NCBI GenBank assembly: GCA_964459185.1
Contig: CAYWKX010000001.1
Location: 1-38,508 of the forward strand
Direction of reading: 5' to 3'
Source: an uncultured Muribaculaceae bacterium
GTDB taxonomy: Bacteria > Bacillota_I > Bacilli_A > RF39 > UBA660
DNA length: 38,508 bases
Shown: one piece after another, positions 17,547 to 24,686 of the stretch
How the letters are laid out: each line of letters begins with the position of its first letter
Position numbering within the stretch: position 1 is the stretch's first letter
Notes under the pieces: model-generated
The model's input: the letters and a program-made list of their open reading frames with translations, nothing else
Database searches by the model: none
What the model was told of the DNA's origin: nothing
Translations under genes and position numbers: made by a program

Positions 17547-18217
17547 ATAATATCATTAATTACATAACTAGCACAAAGAATACCTGCATTAGCAGGAACA
17601 AAACTAATCGAAGAAATTGTTCCTGATACATTTTTAGGTTGTTCAGATGATGAGACAACCATTAATTTGTTATTTATCTTTTCATCTTTCACATATTTAC
17701 GAATTATTTTTGCAATTGGATCATAATTAGTATTCTTAATATCTGTTATTTTTAATAATTCTGGATTTAACTTATTACCTGTACCCATACAAGAAATAAT
17801 TTTTATTTTTCTATCTATACAACCTTTTATTAATAACTTTTTTGTTATGATTGTATCACAAGCATCAATTAAATAATCAAAATTATATTTAAATAATATA
17901 TCAATATTATCTTTATTTAAAAATTCATCAATAACTATAACTTCACAATTAGGATTAATTAATTTAATTCTTTTACTTGCTAACTCAGTTTTCTTCTTTC
18001 CTATATTATTATCTAAACTAATTATTTGTCTATTTAAATTAGTAATATCAATAATATCATAATCAACAATGATTATTCTAGATATACCGCTTCTTACTAG
18101 CATCTCAATGGCGTAGCCTCCTACCCCGCCTAGACCTACGACGGCCACTGTTTTTGATTCAATTAACTTAAAATTAGGTTCTCCAATTAACTTTATAGTT
18201 CGATTAAATCTATCCAT
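17534..18217 (-). CDS. tcdA: ThiF/E1-like tRNA threonylcarbamoyladenosine dehydratase (TcdA, YrvM homolog)
   Basis: Nucleotide-binding motif VGLGGVGG and 227-aa size. Its position downstream of aspS and next to rarA mirrors B. subtilis aspS-yrvM-yrvN. Confidence 0.7.
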   Translation of the reverse strand: MDRFNRTIKLIGEPNFKLIESKTVAVVGLGGVGGYAIEMLVRSGISRIIIVDYDIIDITNLNRQIISLDNNIGKKKTELASKRIKLINPNCEVIVIDEFLNKDNIDILFKYNFDYLIDACDTIITKKLLIKGCIDRKIKIISCMGTGNKLNPELLKITDIKNTNYDPIAKIIRKYVKDEKINNKLMVVSSSEQPKNVSGTISSISFVPANAGILCASYVINDIIKTL

Positions 18218-18233
18218 ATAAATCCTTTCAAAT

Positions 18234-18413
18234 AAAAAACCAAAGAAACGGCTCTATCAAAGATAAAACCCGCGCCACTTTACACAGGTGGGTGATCACA
18301 ACCTATTAATTAGGATCCATAAAACATTGTTTAAGTATTCAACACATAATAAGTATTAGATCCCCTAAATATATCTTTGCCGGTTTTATAATTAGAATTC
18401 GTATTCTCTAGTC
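18234..18413 (-). ncRNA. candidate 6S RNA (ssrS/bsrA-like), or alternatively a structured leader of tcdA
   Basis: Its own promoter lies at 18420-18448. The transcript of about 180 nt ends in a U6 tract 16 nt before the tcdA ATG. A long-range closing helix pairs AAAACC-GGC-AAAGATA (18387-18372) with TATCTTT..GCC..GGTTTT (18265-18236). G+C-rich islands stand out in an AT-rich background. The position corresponds to the B. subtilis 6S-1 locus between aspS and yrvM. Confidence 0.4.
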
Positions 18414-18419
18414 AATTTA

Positions 18420-18448
18420 ATTTTATCACATTTTTAATAAAATTTCAA
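18420..18448 (-). promoter_or_regulatory. sigma-A promoter (TTGAAA, 17 nt, TGaTAAAAT) for the candidate RNA and tcdA
   Basis: On the minus strand, TTGAAA lies at 18448-18443, followed by a 17-nt spacer and TAAAAT at 18425-18420 preceded by TGA. Confidence 0.55.
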
Positions 18449-18454
18449 TATCAA

Positions 18455-19228
18455 TTATTTATTACTATTTGTTTTGGTAGTATTAGGATTAACATTAAAC
18501 ATTGAATTAAATATATTAATATCGGCATTTTCATTTGTTTTTACTAATTCTTCAATTAATAATTTTATTTCTTTTCTCTTACCAATATTTTTCTTAGTAA
18601 ATGAACATGCACAATCTAAAAACTTTAATTCATTATATTTAGCCCAAGCAATTATATCTTTTTCATGGACATAATATAATGGTCTAATTAATTGCATCCC
18701 TTCAAAATTATCACTATTTAAAATAGGTAGCATTCCTGAAAATGTTCCATTATATAATTGATTTAAAAAAATAGTTTCAATTACATCATTAAAATGATGA
18801 CCTAAAGCTATTTTATTACAGCCAAGTTCTCTAGCTTTATTATACAAGTGACCTCGTCTCATTCTAGCACATAAATAACAAGGATTACCCTTCTCATTAA
18901 TATTAGCTATTTTAAATATATCAGATTCAAATATATTAATTGGTATACCTAAATATTTAGCATTATCTATTATTTTATTTAAATTTTCTTTACTATAACC
19001 TGGGTCCATAACTAAAAAAACTGGTTCAAACATAAATTTATTATGTCTTTTTAATTCTTGAAAGCATTTAGCCAAAAGAAAAGAATCCTTTCCCCCACTT
19101 ATACATATTGCAATTTTATCATTTTCTTTTATTAACTCAAAGTCTTTAATTGCTCTTAAAAATCTACTAAATATTTCTCTTTTATACTTTTTAATAATAG
19201 ATTTTTCGATGTCTTTTAATTCTTTCAT
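18455..19228 (-). CDS. ttcA: TtcA-family PP-loop ATPase (tRNA 2-thiocytidine synthase-like)
   Basis: PP-loop motif ICISGGKDS, the Cys pair PCYLCARMRRG, and a distal CAC typical of the TtcA Fe-S ligands. The start codon overlaps the stop of the upstream ClpX-like gene (ATGA). Confidence 0.65.
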   Translation of the reverse strand: MKELKDIEKSIIKKYKREIFSRFLRAIKDFELIKENDKIAICISGGKDSFLLAKCFQELKRHNKFMFEPVFLVMDPGYSKENLNKIIDNAKYLGIPINIFESDIFKIANINEKGNPCYLCARMRRGHLYNKARELGCNKIALGHHFNDVIETIFLNQLYNGTFSGMLPILNSDNFEGMQLIRPLYYVHEKDIIAWAKYNELKFLDCACSFTKKNIGKRKEIKLLIEELVKTNENADINIFNSMFNVNPNTTKTNSNK

Positions 19229-20727
19229 CTTTTCTCCAACAAATACTTTTTAGGATCCTCAACTGTTTCTGAAGTAATAGTCAATTTTTGATAAGCTTCT
19301 GGATCATCAGTTATTTCATCCATAGCTTGGTTTAATATCTTAATAATAATATTATTTAATGATCTTGCCCCAATTTGTAATTTAATTGCTTGTTTCGCAA
19401 TCGATTTAATTACTTCATCATCATATAATAAATCAATCTTTTTTCTTTCAAGAAGTTTACTCTTAACTTTCTTTAGTTCACTTAATTCAGACTCTTTAAT
19501 AATGCGACATAAATCATCTTCATTTAAATCATTAAAGTTAATAAAGATAGGGAATCTACCTATTAACTCTGGTATAATACCACTTTTTCTAACATCATTA
19601 ATAGTTAAGCTAGTTTTCATTTGGTGACTAATTTCTTTCTCAAAACCAACAATAATTTCCCTTGGTTCTTCTGTTATTTTTGAAAATGCTCCAAGGGCTA
19701 CAACTAATAATTGTCTAGTATTAAAATCTATCTTTTTACCTTTATAATTAATATTATATACTCCATCCTCAACTAATTTTAATAATGCTTGTTGAACCCC
19801 AACTGTTTTTACTTGGGCTGGATTAGCAGTATCATAAGGAATTAATTTATCTATTTCATCTATAATTAAAATACCTTTTTGAGCAAGTTCAACATCTCCA
19901 TTAGCGGCATTAATCATAGACTCTAGCATTTCAGATACATTACTTCCTACATATCCCTCAACAGTATATTCATTGGCATCTACTATAGCCATAGGAACAT
20001 TAATATAATTTGAAATAATTCTAAATATTTCAGTTTTCCCTACTCCAGTTGGTCCAACACAAAATATATTGTTAGATCTTTCATTTTCAGGAGCATCATA
20101 ATGTTCATATACTGCCGTTAATATTTTTTTGATTGCCTCTTCTTGTCCGATTATTTTTTTATTTATTTCCCCTTTTAACTCTTTTTTATTAATAGAAATT
20201 GCTAATCTTTTACTATTTTTATTTTTTTTATCAACTAAATTTAATCCTTTTAAATCAACGATTTCTTTCTCTTTTTTTTGTTTATTATCCCCCATTCCAT
20301 CTGAATCAGATTCAAATGAAATTGATTCATCAAATACATAGCCCATTTCAAGACTATCTATATCCTCGAATGTCTTAACATATTTAGTTTTTAAATTTTG
20401 ATCAAATATTACTATTTCCCCATCTATATATAAAGAATAATATAAACTCTTCCTTTTGTCCGCTAAAAAGGCTTTCTTTGCATCATTATAAGGTAAATCA
20501 GCATATTTACTCCCTAAATATGCTTTTGATTCCCTAAAACCAAAACAATTTGTACGATAATCACTATATAAGTGAAAATATATATTGCCATTTTCGTCAA
20601 CAAAGGTCATTCCATCCCCTTCATCTAATAGATTACCTTCCACAACCTTTGCTGGATAATAAGTTACCATATCCTCGATTAGTTTCCTTCTAAAAATCAC
20701 TGCAATTTCTTTTTCATTATCAACCAT
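19225..20727 (-). CDS. ClpX-like AAA+ unfoldase lacking the zinc-finger N-domain and carrying an unrecognised N-terminal domain of about 190 aa
   Basis: Walker A GPTGVGKTE, pore loop EGYVGSNV, Walker B ILIIDEIDK, sensor-2 GARSL, and VGF at the position of the ClpX IGF loop. No Cys4 motif is present in residues 1-190. An AGGAGGG Shine-Dalgarno sequence lies 12 nt after the aspS stop. The gene ends in TGA. Confidence 0.7.
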   Translation of the reverse strand: MVDNEKEIAVIFRRKLIEDMVTYYPAKVVEGNLLDEGDGMTFVDENGNIYFHLYSDYRTNCFGFRESKAYLGSKYADLPYNDAKKAFLADKRKSLYYSLYIDGEIVIFDQNLKTKYVKTFEDIDSLEMGYVFDESISFESDSDGMGDNKQKKEKEIVDLKGLNLVDKKNKNSKRLAISINKKELKGEINKKIIGQEEAIKKILTAVYEHYDAPENERSNNIFCVGPTGVGKTEIFRIISNYINVPMAIVDANEYTVEGYVGSNVSEMLESMINAANGDVELAQKGILIIDEIDKLIPYDTANPAQVKTVGVQQALLKLVEDGVYNINYKGKKIDFNTRQLLVVALGAFSKITEEPREIIVGFEKEISHQMKTSLTINDVRKSGIIPELIGRFPIFINFNDLNEDDLCRIIKESELSELKKVKSKLLERKKIDLLYDDEVIKSIAKQAIKLQIGARSLNNIIIKILNQAMDEITDDPEAYQKLTITSETVEDPKKYLLEKR

Positions 20728-20739
20728 TATTAACCCTCC

Positions 20740-22056
20740 TTATGGCTTAATTCTATTTGGACCCCTAAAAATAAACATTGTTTCTTTAACTGTAGAAGTA
20801 TTTAGTAACAACATTGTAATTCTATCTACTCCTAAACCGAATCCCCCATGGGGAGGACAACCATATTTAAAAAATTCTAAATAAAATTTTACATCATCAT
20901 TTAAACCTTTTTCTTTTGCTTGTTTCACTAAAACATCATAACGATGTTCCCTTTGGGCTCCTGATGTTATTTCCATACCCTTCCATATTAAATCATAACC
21001 TTCAGGTATATTATCTTTTCTCATATGATAGAAAGGTCTTTTTGTACTGGAAAATCCTGTAATAAAAATAAATTCATGTCCATACTCCTCTATTGCAAAC
21101 CTACCTGTTAATTTTTCTGTCTCAGCATTCATATCTCCTATGTCATGTTCTGGTATTTTATAGTTATATCTTTTAACTAATTCTTTGTATAGGTCTTGTA
21201 ATTTTATCCTAGGAAATGGCTTTTTAGGAATAATAATATCAATATTAAATAATTCCTTTATCTCTTTTTCGTATTTTTCTTTTATATTAGTTAATCCTTT
21301 AATAATCATATCCTCTTCTAAGGACATAACATCTTCATAAGAATCAATGTACCCAAATTCAACATCAAAAGAAGTAAATTCGGTGGCATGTCTATTACTA
21401 TTGGAATTTTCTGCACGAAAAGCAGGAGCTACCTCAAATACCTTTTCGAAGCCACTGGTAATTGCCATTTGTTTATAAAACTGTGGGCTTTGAGCCAAGT
21501 ATGCTTTTTCATTAAAGTATTTTACTTCAAATACATCACTACCAGATTCTGAAGCCGATCCAATTAACTTTGGGGTATGAATTTCAATAAAATTATTATC
21601 CAATAAATAATTTCTCATTCCATTTACAAAAGCAGTCTGGACTTTAAACATTAATAGATTTTTATCATTTCTTAAATCTAAAAAGCGATAATCTAATTTT
21701 GTATCAATTAAAGAAGAATTACTAACTTTATAGTTTAATGGTAAATCATTTTCAGATAAACTAGTAACTTCCAATGAGGTTGGTAATAATTCTACCCCAT
21801 TTAACTTAACTTTATCATTAATAGATACCCTGCCAATTACTTTAACTGTGCTTTCTAAGGTAAGTTTAGAAAAAGAATCGATTAAAGATTGATTATTATT
21901 ATTCTTTTCAATAGTTAATTGTACTTTACCAGTATAATCACGAAGAATTACAAACATAACATATTGTAAATCTCTAATATTATCAATAAAGCCACTTATT
22001 TCTATCTCTCTTCCATCATATTCTTTTAATTCATTTATCCATATTTTTTTCATCAT
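20740..22056 (-). CDS. aspS: aspartate--tRNA ligase, archaeal/type-2 short form
   Basis: The 438-aa product has an N-terminal OB fold, FRAENSNSNRHATEFTSFDVEF (motif 2), EITSGAQREHRYD, and GGFGLGVDRITML (motif 3). Its size and the SGAQREH signature favour type-2 AspRS over AsnRS. Confidence 0.75.
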   Translation of the reverse strand: MMKKIWINELKEYDGREIEISGFIDNIRDLQYVMFVILRDYTGKVQLTIEKNNNNQSLIDSFSKLTLESTVKVIGRVSINDKVKLNGVELLPTSLEVTSLSENDLPLNYKVSNSSLIDTKLDYRFLDLRNDKNLLMFKVQTAFVNGMRNYLLDNNFIEIHTPKLIGSASESGSDVFEVKYFNEKAYLAQSPQFYKQMAITSGFEKVFEVAPAFRAENSNSNRHATEFTSFDVEFGYIDSYEDVMSLEEDMIIKGLTNIKEKYEKEIKELFNIDIIIPKKPFPRIKLQDLYKELVKRYNYKIPEHDIGDMNAETEKLTGRFAIEEYGHEFIFITGFSSTKRPFYHMRKDNIPEGYDLIWKGMEITSGAQREHRYDVLVKQAKEKGLNDDVKFYLEFFKYGCPPHGGFGLGVDRITMLLLNTSTVKETMFIFRGPNRIKP

Positions 22057-22118
22057 AACCTCATTTCATATAGATATATAAAAACATATAATTATTATAT
22101 ATTAAACTATTCTTTTTT

Positions 22119-23174
22119 TCAATTTTTTTTCTTTTTTTTAAATAACTTTATAACAATTCCAAGCCCCATTATTATTGTAACGAACTTAACTATTGGGCCA
22201 ACATAAGGAATTAACCCTAATAAATAGATTATAGTAATCCCAAACATTCCTTTTAATAGTTCCCCTTTTTCTTTACTAATATATTTATCCCAAAGATAAT
22301 AACCTACTTTATATCCTGTGATTATCGTAGATAAATATAATAAAGCTAAATAGAATGTTAATAATAATACCCCAAGTGATAAACCAAAAGCTGTCATAAT
22401 TAATATAAATGAAATAATTGGAATGATTATTAGGAAGATACATCCTACTCCCATTATTTTGAAAATATCTTCTTTTTCAATAATCTTTTTCAAGATACTT
22501 GGTGTAAAATATAAAAATGCTAAAAATACCACAAATAATCCAACTAATTTATATATATGACTATAAGTCATCTCCCAAAAAGTTTTGTTATTTCCCTCTT
22601 CAACAATATAATAATCAATATCATTAATGCTAGCAGCATTAGAAATATTAGACTCGATTGTCGAATTTAGATTTAACTTGCCATTAATAATTGTATTCTC
22701 ATCAATATTCAATCTTTCAGCATTAATTTTAATATTTCCTCCAATAGTGGTATCTGTTAGTTTTATATCACTACCATAGATAATTACATTACGATTAAAC
22801 GTCCCAGAAATAGTAATATCATTACCTAAAATAACTATATCTCTTTCAATAACACTGGTATTAGTAAAATCTATTATATTTCCTAAAACAATACCATCTT
22901 TAAATGACCCTTCAATTGTTAAATTGTTACCAATAATAGCACTATAATCTGAACCTCCATTATAAGTAACATTATTACCCATAATAATACTAAATCCATC
23001 AATAATACTATTGGTTTCTACTTCGTTACCTCCTATTATTGCACTACCTTTAACATCTTTTACAAGATTATTCTGCTGTTTAAAACTTGCAACAAAATGA
23101 TCAATTTCCTCAGCCTTTATAGTAGTGGGTATAAAAGCTAATAATAGAATTAAATATAAACAAATCTTTTTCAT
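22119..23174 (-). CDS. secreted beta-helix repeat domain (bactofilin/polymer-forming-like) fused to a C-terminal polytopic membrane domain
   Basis: Signal peptide MKKICLYLILLLAFIPTTIKA, then about 170 aa of short G-N-x-hydrophobic repeats (IIGGNEV, IMGNNVT, IIGNNLT, VLGNII, ILGNDIT, IYGSDI, IGGNIK), then 4-5 TM helices and a poly-Lys end. The gene ends in TGA. Confidence 0.5.
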   Translation of the reverse strand: MKKICLYLILLLAFIPTTIKAEEIDHFVASFKQQNNLVKDVKGSAIIGGNEVETNSIIDGFSIIMGNNVTYNGGSDYSAIIGNNLTIEGSFKDGIVLGNIIDFTNTSVIERDIVILGNDITISGTFNRNVIIYGSDIKLTDTTIGGNIKINAERLNIDENTIINGKLNLNSTIESNISNAASINDIDYYIVEEGNNKTFWEMTYSHIYKLVGLFVVFLAFLYFTPSILKKIIEKEDIFKIMGVGCIFLIIIPIISFILIMTAFGLSLGVLLLTFYLALLYLSTIITGYKVGYYLWDKYISKEKGELLKGMFGITIIYLLGLIPYVGPIVKFVTIIMGLGIVIKLFKKKKKN

Positions 23175-23176
23175 TC

Positions 23177-24241
23177 CTACTTCTCTTTTCCTTTCATTTT
23201 AGTAATTTTCTTATTAATATCAATTCTGAAGTATTTATAAGTAGTTATCAGAACAATTGCCGCTGGCATTGATACAACAACACCCCAGAAACCTCCGATT
23301 ATACCCCCCGCAAAAACTGCAAAGATTATTACTAAAGGATGTAATTGATTAGTTTTTCCATATATCCTAGGACTAATAACATATCCATCCAACTGAGGAC
23401 AAACAATACAAACAATTAGGGTTAAAATTAGTAATTTAGTACTTATTACTGAAGCAATTAATACTGCCATAATATTTACTATTAAAGCCCCAAAATAAGG
23501 AATAATTGTCGTAATTGCCGCTAAAATACCCAGAATTAAATAATTAGGATGTCCGATAATGAAGAAAGCAAAAGTATATTCAATTAATTGAACCAATATT
23601 ACTTTTCCTAATCCATTAAAATAATTAGTAATTTCCTCATCTAATTTTTTAATATAATTATATATTTTTTTATTTTTATTTAATAAGTTATCTTTAATAT
23701 ATAATCTAATTTTATCCATATCTATTAACATATATATAGAAACAAATATAGTTATAACAACCGAAGTAATTAATCCTACTGAGGCATTAACAATATTAAT
23801 GGCGCCATCTGATATATATTTTCCGACATTAGAGATAATATTAGTTGTGGTATCAGATAAAGATGATTGTAGTACTCCTAAATTTATTTCATATTTATTA
23901 GCTATATCGGATAAAAATGCCGAAATATTGCTTAAAAACAATAATGTTTGCTCATATAAAATAGGAACAATTAAAACTAAACAAATAATACAAATGCCAA
24001 AACCTATAAAACAAATAATTAAAATCGATAACCATTTTGGCAACCCGATTTCCTTTAATTTAGCACTAATTGGATATAAAGCATAAGCAATCGCAAAAGC
24101 AATTATAAATGGAGCTATGATAGCAAATATTTTATCCACAATTCCAAGCCATAGGGCTCTAATTAAATATAATAAGCAAATAGTAGCAACAATAATCAAA
24201 ATATTGATTAATTTAATATTTAATCTCTCATTTTTTTTCAT
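23177..24241 (-). CDS. AI-2E family transporter (PerM/YtvI-like permease)
   Basis: The 354-aa protein has about 8 TM helices, with the family-typical IPYFGALI and Gly-rich C-terminal helices. Confidence 0.7.
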   Translation of the reverse strand: MKKNERLNIKLINILIIVATICLLYLIRALWLGIVDKIFAIIAPFIIAFAIAYALYPISAKLKEIGLPKWLSILIICFIGFGICIICLVLIVPILYEQTLLFLSNISAFLSDIANKYEINLGVLQSSLSDTTTNIISNVGKYISDGAINIVNASVGLITSVVITIFVSIYMLIDMDKIRLYIKDNLLNKNKKIYNYIKKLDEEITNYFNGLGKVILVQLIEYTFAFFIIGHPNYLILGILAAITTIIPYFGALIVNIMAVLIASVISTKLLILTLIVCIVCPQLDGYVISPRIYGKTNQLHPLVIIFAVFAGGIIGGFWGVVVSMPAAIVLITTYKYFRIDINKKITKMKGKEK

Positions 24242-24686
24242 TTATTTTCTCCTTTTCTAATATTATGGTCACAGGTCCATCATTTATTAGGTTAACCTGC
24301 ATATTACTTCCAAATAAACCTGTCTCAACCTTAATATTTTTATCACGTAACTTTTTATTAAATATTTCATATAATTTTCTTGCTTCTTCACTCTTTAATG
24401 CTTTGATATAACTAGGTCTTCTTCCATTATTAATATCGGCATATAAAGTAAATTGACTAATTGATAAAATTGATCCATTAACTTCTAATAAAGATTTATT
24501 CATAATCCCATTCTCATCATCAAAAATTCTTAGATTAATTACTTTATCAACTAAATAATCTATTTCCTCTTCTCCATCATTAAAAGCAAAACCCACTAAT
24601 AAAACTAAACCATAATTAATACTCCCAATAGTCTCATTATTAATTTTAACATTTGCTTCCTTACTTCGTTGAAGTATTATTCTCAT
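24228..24686 (-). CDS. dtd: D-aminoacyl-tRNA deacylase
   Basis: MRIILQRS...VLLVGF and SISQFTLYAD..NGRRPS, in a 152-aa product. It follows relA with an ATGA overlap, as in Bacillus. The gene ends in TGA. Confidence 0.9.
   Translation of the reverse strand: MRIILQRSKEANVKINNETIGSINYGLVLLVGFAFNDGEEEIDYLVDKVINLRIFDDENGIMNKSLLEVNGSILSISQFTLYADINNGRRPSYIKALKSEEARKLYEIFNKKLRDKNIKVETGLFGSNMQVNLINDGPVTIILEKEKINEKK

Noticed and set aside
18218-18454. T-box leader or TPP riboswitch upstream of the ThiF-like gene. The region contains an AGAGA box and a GTGGCGCGGG resembling the T-box GGUGGUACCGCG.
   Set aside because: The UGGNACC core is not present, and I could not build a specifier-loop and stem-I architecture. 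No local terminator or antiterminator pair exists. TPP signature elements (CUGAGA, ACCUGAUCUGGAUAAUGCCAGCG) are absent. TcdA-type genes are not known T-box or TPP targets. I kept the region as a 6S or structured-leader candidate instead.
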